64,000 nt of DNA from the human T2T-CHM13v2.0 reference genome, Homo sapiens. Below, piece after piece: positions 26,498 to 43,659 of the stretch. Positions within the stretch are counted from its first letter, which is position 1. Each line of letters begins with the position of its first letter. Both the position numbers and the translations under genes were made by a program. Below the pieces are notes generated by a model that was not told where the DNA came from, made no database searches, and was given only the letters and a program-made list of their open reading frames with translations. Location of the stretch: NCBI RefSeq assembly GCF_009914755.1, contig NC_060927.1; one strand, given 5' to 3'.

Positions 26498-27758
26498 CAT
26501 TACATCACTGTTGGTCAAAGATGCACTCCTCCTTTAATCAATTTAAATGAGGCTAGCGAGTATCTGTTTGATGTTTGCATTCTTATGGGCTAGGAAACAA
26601 GGCACACATCCCTAAAACTAACATCTAGATGCCACTTCTTGGACTGATAAGAAACAGACTTGCATATGGTTTCAGTCCCATTCCACCCACACTGTTCCAC
26701 GTACATTATCTCAGAAACCCAAAAAGGAAGTGCTTGTTCTTTGTTAGTGCCAACCATTTTTGTCATAAATGGCAAATGATTGCAATATTATCATCAGCTA
26801 ATTCATGTTTCAATTTTCAGTGCTATTTTAATGAACAAGCACTTTGTAACTAGATAGGTCATTATTATAAACCTCCATTTTTCTTTCTACATGAAGACTC
26901 CAAATGGAACCATTTGACTGATGGACTCATGCATGCTACAAACCTGAGTTTGAAGAAGCGAAGTAATATAATTCCAATGGTTTTTCTTTTCTCTTGGAAA
27001 GGGGTATTGGTCTCTTAATGATTAAGAATTAGATTATTGAAATCAAGACATTATGTGAATAGCTAAGGTTTTCTTTGTTATCACTATTTGCTGGGTTATT
27101 ATCTGATTTGGAAAAATAAGTAGAGAATTGATTGAGGCCTTCTTTTTTCTGTGTTTAACCTCCTTCCAGTTACCTGATTTATAATATTGCCAGCTGTCTC
27201 AGGTGCTTTCGCATACGTAAAGATGAGGAAGAACAAAGATTTGTCCCCTCTTCTGGCTCTAGCTTTGTTTTGTTTGGATTTAGATCTTGGTGGCGAGGTC
27301 TGTCCCACTCTTCTCTTCTGTCTAGTGAGTCCTCCACAAGAGCCACCACAGGGCTCTTGTGGAGCCTGCTTAGGAATGTGCTGATGACAGTCCCATCTCT
27401 ACATACAGAGAGCCTTTAAACAAGAATGTGACACATAAGAACGGAAACATACATTCTTCTGTTACTTAGAGTTCAGGTTTTAGAGTTAAGTTACGTGGAT
27501 AAAAGGAAGCATACTCTTCTCCCCCAGAAGCAGCAATCCACTGTTGCTCATCCAGCCTCTGATTGGCTGCAGAAGGTGCAGACATTCTAAATACATAGAC
27601 CCTAACTTGCATAAATAGCATCACAGCCAGCTTAGCGATCCAAGGCCCACTTGATCTTTAGACCCTGAAGAGTAGGCGTTCTTTCCTACCCAGTCTCCTT
27701 ATTCCCATCATGCTCAGACCCCAGGCAAGGTTCAAAGCAGTTGAAAATGGGCTTTTCT

Positions 27759-28848
<1,090 letters not shown>

Positions 28849-30059
28849 CTAGTGACGGCTCATTAACTAATATCCTGTGTCCCAACTGTAGAAATATCTT
28901 GCATAAATTACACACCACCTTTTTTCTCAAGGAGCTTAAAGTGCTTAATATGCACCAGCTAATGCTCTTCCACACCTTTCCAGATTAGTATGAGACAGTG
29001 GAATCCCCATAAAATGAAAAAGAAACATGTCTGACTTCCTGTGTTTGGGGTCCCAACTGTGTTGGTGAATTGGTTTGGTTGGTATAGAGACAGGGTTTTC
29101 CCTCGACCTTATTGACCTTTTTCTTCCATCAGTCCTAGTTTTGGTATGGAGAAAACCCTCCTTAGGACTGCATTTTCATTCTTCTCAGCTTTCTTTCACA
29201 ACTAACTGTGCAAAACAGGATAATACCAAGAAATTGAGTTAAGTGTCTGGACTATATATTAATACTCGAAATAGAATGTGACATTTTAAGTGTAAGACCA
29301 TCATGCCATGAAGACAACCTAGCTCTGGGTAAGTTTTCAGTGCATCTTACTAAAGGAGCCAAAAATATGGGCTCAGAGTTGAGCACCACCCTCAGTGCTA
29401 TAAATCAAAACATGCCATGTATGGGAATGGACATAGAACCAGTTCCATAGGTATAGTTTTAAAATGTGCTTTAACTCCAAAAGAGATGTTTATCCTTTTC
29501 TTGCCTCCCAGAATCCAGAAAATGTCCCCTGTTCTCTGTCTTGTCTGCTCCCAGCTGGGCCCTCAAATGTAGAAGGGTCAGAGCTGGGAAGCCTCTGAAA
29601 TGGCATTGCTGAGCCCTGTCCCCCACCTCGCCCACATGGTGCGTCTCAAATTCTTTCTCATGCCTTCTCCCGGTGTCTCTTTTCTCCCTTGTTTTCTGCT
29701 TTTTTCCTTTTCCTCCTCACGTGTCTTAGGCCTGTTAGAGGACTCCCGAAACGTTGCTCAGGCCAGCCAGCGATCCCCGGGGCTGGCTTTTATCTGAGAA
29801 CAATGCTCAGATAAAACCAGGGCTCATTGCCCTGGGTTTTGGGCTGCGGGACTGGCCCAGTGGAGTCCATGATGCATTGCGTGATCAGTGCAGTTCCTGA
29901 ATCAAACTGGTCTTGCGTGCCCTGAGGTCTCGGGGGTTGGATTAGGGAAGTCATTGGGCTTAGAAAGGATTTCTCTAACTCTGAGTAACATGAGGATTTA
30001 GCAGTAGTGTTCTTCACTTGTCACCATTTCTCTGTCTGGAGTTAACATTCCTGTTAGTC

Positions 30060-30087
30060 AAAAAAAAAAAAAAAAAAAAAAAAAAAA
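30060..30087. repeat. A28 mononucleotide run (expanded U-tract of the FLT1 3'UTR)
   Basis: FLT1 3'UTR-like sequence on both sides. Confidence 0.85.
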
Positions 30088-30268
30088 GCACTATTAAAAA
30101 CTCACAAAAAGCAGCCGGCTCCCCTGGAAAGGTAAAAGTGTAAACTTATATATGCATAATACTGGCAAAAGCTAGTTTTCTGGGGGTATAAATACACATG
30201 TGCTTCTAGAAATAAGGCTTCGTGTCAAACTCTAGACGGGTGGAGTACAAGACCACAGAATTTTAGCC

Positions 30269-30293
30269 GACTACAACTCCCAGAGGGGCGGGG
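30269..30293 (+). promoter_or_regulatory. Candidate ACTACAnnTCCCA (ZNF143/THAP11 'M4') motif plus Sp1 GC box
   Basis: GACTACAACTCCCAGA immediately followed by GGGGCGGGG; function not shown. Confidence 0.45.
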
Positions 30294-32509
30294 AGCAGCA
30301 CGCCGTCTTCCTTTCCAGCTCGGCGTTGTCGTAGGTGAACCTGCCCTTGCCTTTGCTGATGTGCCCACTGTTGGAATGGCAGAAACTGGGCCTGCTGACA
30401 TCAGAAAGCCCCGACTTCTTACTTTTGCTAGTTAGTCTCAAGTCAATCTTGAGCGAGGCCTTGGGTTTGCTGTCAGTCCTGGTGAAGCGCTTCAGCATGG
30501 GAGAGGCCAGCAGAGCGCTGCTGTCCCCCTGGTAGTCATCAAACATGGAGGTGGCATTTGGCAAAAGTTCTTCAAAGGTTTTGATTCTTTCCAGGCTCAT
30601 GAACTTGAAAGCATTTACGTATCTGACATCATCAGAGCTTCCTGAACTAAACTTGGGAGCTGAAATACCTTCCTTGAAGAAGTCCTCAGAGAAGGCAGGA
30701 GTTGAGTATGTAAACCCACTATTTTCTGTCAGTATGGCACTGAGTGGGATGTAGTCTTTACCATCCTGTTATACATTTGCTTGAAGCAAATCACCTAGTT
30801 TTTCCACAAGTTCTGCAAATCTTGGCCTTTCTTTTGGGTCTTTGTGCCTGCAGTCCAGCATGATCTGATAGATTTCAGGAGTGGAGTACTCAGCAGCTCT
30901 CATCCTCATGCCTTCCCTCAGGCAACTGCAGAAGTGCTCATCCATTTGCACTCCTGGGTATGGAGACCCACCTAAGGAGAAGATTTCCCACAGCAATACT
31001 CCCTAAGACCGCACATCGCTGTTGGTGCTGTAGATTTTGTCAAAGATAGATTCAAGAGCCACCCATTTCAGAGGAAGTCAAGTACCTCCTTTTCTCACAT
31101 AATCGGCGTTCTTGTAAATATCCTGGGCAAGGCCAAAATCACAAATCTTCACCACATTGTTCTCAGATAAAAGAATGTTTCTTGCTGCCAGGTCCCAATG
31201 AATGCACTTTCTGGAAGACAGAAACTTCATGCCTCTGGCCACTTGAAAACTGTAAGAAATCAGATCTTCCATAGTGATGGGCTCCTGGTAGAAACCATCA
31301 GAATCCTCCTCTTCCTCAACATCACTCAGATTTTTATCTTCCTGAAACTTGGAGCTCCCAAAGCTCTCGCTGCTGGTGATGCTATCTAGTTTTGGTTTCT
31401 TGCCTTGTTCCAGGCCTGGCTCCATTTTTTCTTTCTTACGCTCCATGTGTGATGCCACATCCTTGTCGAGAAAAAATAAGTCATATTTGCTCTTGAGGTA
31501 GTTGGATAGATTTCCATATTTGCAATATTCAACAATCACCATCAGAGGCCCTTTGTTTGCTGATCTGACCCCAGTCTGAAGGAAGCAAGAGGGTTGAGAA
31601 GGAAGTCCAGCTGCACCGTGGGGCCCATGTGGTGCCCTGAAGGCCTCCTCTCCCCTGCCCTGCATTTCCACTGCATGCCCGGGCTGGGCACACAACCCCT
31701 TATCTTCTTTTTTGTGTTTTATTCTACACATAAGACACTACTACAGTAGAACACATCTGTAAAAATAAACAAATGCATATTCATATGTCAGAGGCACATG
31801 TCCAGAACTGTTGTTGATGGCAGCATGCAATCAAAAGCGCAGAGGCCTTTGCTTCCTACTCCATCCTGCAGCCTTCCCTGTGGGGCAGGGGCGCTGTGCC
31901 AAAGGGGGCTCCGGGCAGCCCTACCTCCCTCCACTGCTTTGGATTTGGTCCACATTGAGCTTTCACTGTCCCTGCTTCCTCTTGGCAGAGATTCTTCCTC
32001 TTTTCCTTCACTCTGCAGGATCTGAAAGGACACAGACTCCTTTCCAAAGAATGCTGTGTATTGAAATGCAGAGAAACAGAAAGTAGATCACAAAATTAAC
32101 TCTGTGGAAGTGGTTACAGGACATCTCAAAAGGTCTTGGCATCAGCTGTCCCTGGTCTCCACTCAGTTCTGCCCTCCTAGGTCTCCTTTTGTTCTTTCTC
32201 AATGAGCCCCACAGAAGTCCTCTTCCTTTTTCCCTTTTGCACACCCATGTACACATCCATGATCACACCCCAGGCTCCATGACCCATGACCCACCTCTGT
32301 GCCCACTACTGCCTGCAGTGCTGCCCAGGCCAGGGAACGTTGCACTACTTTGATCTCTATGGTATTGATCTTTGGCTTCCACAAAAGAAGGGAAGCGGGC
32401 ACAGCTCAACAATGCCAATTAAATTTTTAGTTCTCTTACAGAGATTATTTTATAATTGATTACAGAACAATGTTCTATGTAGCATTTACTGCTTAGTCAA
32501 TTTTAAGGA

Positions 32510-32730
32510 AGAAAACACTGGTTAGGATTGCTAATGCGAAGGTGAATGGCAATGGTGAAGGTTCAAATGGATCTTGACAGACTGGGTCACTGAACTGAAA
32601 ATAACAAGATGAAATTTAAGGAGAAAGAAAGTAAATCTGGGAATGCTCTGATACTTTAAAAAATAGCCAAATACAAAAATGAGATGGTAAGCGCTGTTGA
32701 TGGATATCAGTTCAGGGGAAACAACTATTT
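32510..32730 (+). mobile_element. L3/CR1 LINE fragment
   Basis: TTCAAATGGATCTTGACAGACTGG..AACAAGATGAAATTTAA resembles the L3 ORF2 end. Confidence 0.6.
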
Positions 32731-33527
32731 TGTGACTAGGTCATAAGTAAAAAAGGCCTACTTACAACTAGGCTAATAAGAGCCCATCTTGAGACACTTG
32801 CTAGAAAAATGATTGTGAAGAGCTGATTATTACCAGGCTTAGAAAACAAATGTAGTCTACTCTCCTACCATCTACCCAGCACTTGGGAAGAATCAAAGAC
32901 TCACTATGGATAGTTTATCTTCGGGTTGAATGAACAACTGGTTTTGGAATATATACAATGATCACCACACATATAATTCAGCAGCCCCATTACACTAAGT
33001 AACGGTCAACTCTTTTAGATGTGGAGGGTTAGCAATAAGGTCTCAATTCTGATTCTGGTCTTTTTCCAGATGCTTTTCTGTCTTCAGTATCTGCTGTTCA
33101 GTTCTTAGGTCTTGGGCTACTCAGAAGTTGGCTGACTCAGAATAAGGACACCCTGTCCTTGTGAACAAATGGAAGAAAGTGAGGTCCTAGTTACTGAAGG
33201 GGAATGTGAAAGGAGCTGGATGACCTTCTGTTGACCTATTGCAGAGGGTATTCCTGCACTGGAATTGACATTCTGCAGAGTCTTTTAGTCTCCAAAGGGG
33301 TCAAATGTGGAACCAAAAAATTGAGAGCATTTTGACTCTAGTCTTGTAACATCTCGCTCAACAGTTGCCAAACAATTCTGAAATAAAATTTTAAATGTTA
33401 AAAAAATCAGATGCTGTGAGGACATCATGGTATCAAGCATCTGGATGGAAAAAGAGGAGTAAAGTACTGACTCCTAATAGATTGGATGGCTAGCTCTAGG
33501 AAGGATGGAAATTGTGACCATGGTGTC

Positions 33528-33989
33528 TGTATTATTTTCCCATTGCTGCTGTAACAAATTAACAAAAATTTAGTGGCTTAAATTAGTGCAAATGTATTCT
33601 CTTACAGTTGTGGAGGCCAGAAGTTTGAAATGAACCTTATGGGACTAAAATCAAGGTGTTGGGAGGGCTGGCTCCTTCTGGATACTCCAGAGGAAAATCT
33701 ATTCTTTGTCTCTTTCAACTTTTCTTGGCTAATGGCATTCCTTTGCTTGTGGCTGCATCACTCCCATCTCTACTTTTGTTGTCACACTGCCTTTTCTTCG
33801 TTAGTATTCAGATCTCTCTCTACCTTCTTCTTATATTCTTGTGATTATGTTTAAGGCTTAGCAGGATAATCTCCCCATCTCAAGATCCTTGACTTAATCA
33901 CACATGCAAGGCCTTTTTTGCTATATAAGTTCACAGGTTCCAGGATTAGAGCCTGGGTATCCTTGGGGGCAAGTATTCAGCCTCCCATG
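33528..33989 (-). mobile_element. MLT1D-like MaLR LTR
   Basis: TGTATTATTTTCCCATTGCTGCTGTAACAAAT.. and GGATAATCTCCCCATCTCAAGATCCTTGACTTAATCAC. Confidence 0.82.
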
Positions 33990-35214
33990 GTATCTTTATA
34001 AGAGGCCTCTTTCCTTTAAGCAGAAGGTGCTCATTCTTGGAAGCACTTGTGGTTGCCTTTCATCTTGAGGGTGGCAGGAGTCTCTAGCGCCACAGTTGTA
34101 CACTACAGTATCTTTGGGGGCCAGCAGGGGTACATGTGTAGTTACAGACAACAAAAAGAAGTGGTGCCTACGGCTATATAAGGAGTACAGGGCATCCAAA
34201 TATGATGGTATTAACATTAAAACAACTCACATCACTGCTGCTAGTCAGATACCATCAGTGGACTAGAGTTTAATAGTTTCTTATTTTGTACACATTCACT
34301 TTGTGTTTTTTATTGTACTGAAACTCCTCAAAAAGTCCAGAAAAGAAATTCCTTAAAGAATATTAACCTACATTTCTTTCAATTGAGAGAAGCCAGGGCT
34401 GGCCTCTAAAATCTACATACTCATAAGCTCAGATGGAAACAAAAATCAAATTCCAAATACAGGAAATGAGGTTTTCCACTAAAAGATCTTCAGTAATTCT
34501 TCCATCATTCAGTCATTTACATGTTTAAAAAACCCCACGAGTTCCTTATTAATCAGCCGCAAAATAACTTTAGTCATATTTGACCAAGCACATATCAGAC
34601 CATCTAGAAGGTGTTCACCTTTTGCAGAGTGAGTTCTGTATTGGGGAGTTCCGGAGGAAGTAAGAGAGAGTTGTTGCCCTCTGCAAAAGCCATAATATGA
34701 CAAGAGGATGCAGTTTTTAAAAATCATACGCATGTACCCTTAGCATTTTGGGCTTTACCAATGGGCATGAACAAGTGTGCTCCTGTTGACATTCATGTCC
34801 ATAATTTGATGACTTTGAGCTCCTGCCTACTTGTCAAAAAGCTACTAAATCTTCTACCAAGTCTTATTTCACAAGATTTCTGGCACTTCCAGGGAGGTTG
34901 CAGGTGTCCATTCATCAGGCCTGGGCTTTGTTCCCCGACACAACCAGCAGAGCAGTAGTCCCCAGACACAACAGCTCTCAGAGCTGCCACTCCAAGCCAA
35001 ACCTCCACTCCTGGGGGTAGAAATTTGCAGGGCCCAGTGAGGGTACGAAAAGCCCTGATTTGTCCACTGGCATGAGTGAGGGAAGGAGGGTTGGATATGC
35101 ATGCGTGTCGGTTTAGTCATTCAGCAATGTCTGCGGTGACGGGGACAGCTGCCTGCTGGCGTCCTTGACACCTTCCTGGATCATGGTGTAACAACAAAAC
35201 CAATGAAAATCAAC

Positions 35215-35830
35215 CCCCTTGAGGACATGTTGGCCAAATGGTACAAACTTTCAGTTAAGAGTAAGTTCTGGGGACCTAACATACAGTATGGTGATGATCA
35301 TTAGTAATACTGTATTGTAGCAGTTCCCAACCTTTCTGGCACCAGGGACCAGTTTCATGGAAGACAAGTTTTCCACAGACCCAGTGTGGCGGGAACGGTT
35401 TTGGGATGAAACTGTTTCACCTCAGATATCAGGCATTAGATTCTCATAAGGAGTGTGCAACCTAGATCCCTCATATGCACAGTTCACGATAGGGTTAAAG
35501 CTCCTATGAGAATCTAATGCTGCCGCTGATCTGACAGGAGGCAGAGTTCAGGTGGTAATGCTGGCTTTCCCTGCTGCTCACCTCTTGCTGTGCGGCCCAG
35601 TTCCTAACAGGGCATGGACAAGTACTGGTCCATGGTCCAGGGGCTGGGGACCCTTGCTGTATTGTATACTTGAAATTCACTAACAGTGTCGATCTTAAGT
35701 GTTCCCACCACAGTGATAAGTATGTGAGATGATGCATATGTTGATTAGCTTGATTGTGGTAATCATTCACAATGCTTATGTGTATCAAAACATCATGTTG
35801 TATGCCTTAAATATAAACAATTTTTTTTTA
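35215..35830 (+). mobile_element. L1MA 3' end hosting MER1B
   Basis: GTACAAACTTTCAGTTAAGA..; TGTATCAAAACATCATGTTGTATGCCTTAAATATA. Confidence 0.75.
35318..35656 (+). mobile_element. MER1B hAT-Charlie DNA transposon with 8-bp TSD
   Basis: TIR-like ends, 339 bp; CTGTATTG at 35310-35317 and 35657-35664. Confidence 0.9.
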
Positions 35831-35849
35831 TCAATCGTCCTTCAAAAAT

Positions 35850-36221
35850 CTGCTTCAGGAAAAACAGAGTATTTTACGGTGAAGAATCTTGAAAAATACT
35901 ACCTCAGCCAGATGACCAGTTAACATGAACAGGCATGAGGGATGTTGATTGTCTGTGCCCTTGATATCATGTGATGAGATAGGGACTCTGCTTTGTGGTC
36001 TTCGTCCCCAAAACCCATGCCTCCAGTCTAATTATGAGAAAAACATTAGACAAATCCCACTTGAAGGACATGCTACAAAATACCTGACCAGCACTACCAA
36101 AACTGTCAAGTTCACCAATAGAAGGAAAGTCTGAGAAACTGTCACAGCCAAGAAGAGCTGAAGGAGACACAACTACTAAATGTAATGTGGCATCCTGGAC
36201 ATAGAGAAAGGAGTGCTAGGT
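35850..36221 (+). mobile_element. L1MC/MD 3'UTR, left part (continues at 40671-40855)
   Basis: AAAATACCTGACCAGCACTACCAAAACTGTCAAG..GAGACACAACTACTAAATGTAATGTGG; continuity across the L1PA. Confidence 0.75.
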
Positions 36222-40670
<4,449 letters not shown>

Positions 40671-40855
40671 ACTAAAGAAATCTCAATAAAGTATGGCTTT
40701 AATTAATAATAATATGATCAATGCTGGTTTATTAATTGTAACAAATGTATCACCAATGTGAGGGGTTAATAATAGGGGAAACTGGGTGTGGTCTTATGGG
40801 AACTCTCAATACTATCTTTACACCTTTTCTGTGACTCTAAAACTGTTCTAAAAAT

Positions 40856-41161
40856 TATTTATTTATTTATTTATTTATTTTTATTTTTTGAGACGGCCTC
40901 TCGCTCTGTTGCCCAGGCTGGAGTGCAGTGACACGATCTCAGCTCACTGCAAGCTCCGCCTCCTGGGTTCCTGCCATTCTCCTGCCTCAGCCTCCTGAGT
41001 AGCTGGGACTACAGGCGCCCGCCACCACGCCCGGCTAATATTTTGTATTTTTAGTAGAGACGAGGTTTCACCGCGTTAGCCAGGATGGTCTCAATCACCT
41101 GACCTCGTGATCCGCCCACCTTGGCCTCCCTAAGTGCTGGGATTACAGGCGTGAACCACCG
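40856..41161 (-). mobile_element. AluY-type element with (TTTA)n tail
   Basis: CpG-rich Alu dimer with GCAAGCTCCGCC and GCCATTCTCC diagnostics. Confidence 0.93.
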
Positions 41162-41839
41162 TATTTTTTTTTTCTAATTAATCCCCAACATGCAGGCTGT
41201 GTGTTTGCCTGTTTCTGGACTATTTTCCAGATCGAAGACTAGCTGAGTGATTCATTTTGTAATTGGTAACCCTGACCCCAGCACCCCTCTGTGGCTGCCT
41301 CGTGGAGCAGGCTTCTATTCTGCACACCTCCTCCCTCTCTGCCCCTCCCTCCAGGTTGGCCTGTCTCCTCCCACCTCTCCCCTCCCTCCTGACAGGGTCT
41401 GGTCCTTCCTGCTGGAATTCTGTGGGTCATGAGGAACAGGGGATAAACAAGGCAGAGGCTGGATCTGGGGCAATGTTGGGGCAGGAAAAGGAATCAAAGA
41501 CAGAAGCACAGGGTGGCAGAACCAAGGTCCTTCAATAAGGATGGACACATCAGAGCTTGTGAGTTGTTTATTCAATCACTTAAGAAATATTTGTAGGTGT
41601 CTACTATGTGCCAAGCCTGGCTGGATGCTATAAATACAATAGCAAGCAAATTAAATCTACTCCCAAATAATACAATAATGCTCATTCTGGGTTACCTGGA
41701 CAATGAGCATCTTGGAATTAGGGACACTCCTTCTTCCCAGAGGAGGGGCTGCCCTAGGAGTCTCCTACATTAGAGAAGTAGCACGTTTCTATGGTCCCTG
41801 AGGCCTCCAAGTGCCCAGCAGTGGGCATTTCTGGGCACT

Positions 41840-42159
<320 letters not shown>

Positions 42160-42879
42160 TTCTGGACACTTTCATAAATAGCTGGCATCCATGTCCAGGC
42201 TGCCAGACCCCCATGCAGTCTGACCAACTTGCTCTCCTACCTGCCCCACAGGAAGTGAAAGCAATGGGCAGCATGGTCTTTCTGTGGAATTCTCACTCAT
42301 GCTGCCCAGCCAGTGGCTTGGCCAGGCCCTCTACACAACTCTCTGTGGTATGAGAGAGGTCCAGAGGAGCCACCTGCTCTCTCTTGCTGACACTGGCTTG
42401 AACATTTCCTCATTTCCCAATAAAGCCTATTCCTTAACCCTTGCATGTGACTCTGCAAGCTTTATTTTATGTTTTGCTGCCCGATAGTGGCATGACAGAT
42501 GGCCACCACAAAGGGATGCATTCTGCAGGACCTGGCTAGGCCCTTCTGGAAACCATGGAAGAGGTCAATTGGACCACTTCAGGAGTAAAAGAGAATCTCC
42601 TGGAATTGAGAGCAGGAAAATCAATGGTTGGGAATGGCCAAAGAGTCCACAGGTCACTGCAGCTCCTGAGGGCAGTCATTTGGGTAGCTGCTGTCCTGAT
42701 GGCTGCTTTGTCTGGCTATAAGCTGGAGTGGGTGTCTGGCTATAAGCTGGATTTTTCAGAGATCCCAGGGCAGCAGATTTAGGAAGAGAGAAAACCCAGA
42801 CCTGAGGGTCCACAGACAGCAACATCTGCATGCCCTCTTGGAGGAAGACTAGGAGTCTGTGGCTTGATCCCTTGGATTC

Positions 42880-43135
42880 TCCTGCTTGGTCTCTCTCCTG
42901 GAATACTAACTACTTCTACTCCCATTACCCTTCAGCTCTTAGCTTAGCTTAGATGACACTTCCTACAGGAAGTCTCTCCAACCCCACCCATCAGAGCATT
43001 TAATCTCCTTGTGCTGTAATGGGCTGTTCATGTCCCACCAGCTACCGGATGGCAGAAGACCATGCCTTGTTCCCTGTGGTGTCCTCCAGCATTAGTGCTT
43101 GGCACACAGTAGGTCCTTCATAAATATTCACCCAG
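42880..43135. mobile_element. L2 3' fragment
   Basis: GTGCTTGGCACACAGTAGGTCCTTCATAAATATT. Confidence 0.65.
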
Positions 43136-43659
43136 TGAGACACTCAGGGTCCCACACTAAGACCTCTTGGTTATGCTGTAATGATTCAACTTCCACTTGA
43201 AGGCCTGAAATCATGCAAAGGCTGCAACCTTGAACACAGAGTCCAGAGGCCTAGAGTCCATGGGGAAACCAGAAGGCAGGCTGCTTGTGGAACCACAGTA
43301 GAGAAAGGACAGCAGGACTTTAAAAGTACATTTCCTGCCTAAACTAGGTCACCAATGTGTATGGCACAGCTGGTCTGGTCCCCTGGACAATGCTGTCACA
43401 CTCTGAAGGCTGATGGAAGTCTATTTTGCCTGCTCGGAGGTGGATAGGTGGAAATCAGAAGGTATAGCAGCTCTCTGCACCCTCATCTATGGGGACATTT
43501 TAAAATCATCCCAAAGAAAACCATTCACAGAGTTCTGGGGTCATTTGAAACCCTCCAGGGTCCTGAAATGGGAGGTCATTTTTCTTGAACTGGAAGGGAG
43601 ACAAGTCCCATGACCAACCTTGTTCAGAACTCCTGGCTCCCTTCCTAATTTCCTTGTTG

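Noticed and set aside
30060-30087. A28 run as the poly(A) tail of FLT1P1 or of a plus-strand retrocopy
   Set aside because: It is on the wrong strand for the FLT1P1 tail, and FLT1 3'UTR-like sequence continues on both sides; it is an expanded internal U-tract.
30271-31731. Functional FLT1 paralogue
   Set aside because: No introns, three in-frame stops, HRD changed to HWD, and no N-lobe, transmembrane or extracellular domains.
34640-34670. GAGGAAGT ETS/PU.1-like site as a myeloid enhancer
   Set aside because: A single short motif is expected by chance and cannot be supported from sequence alone.
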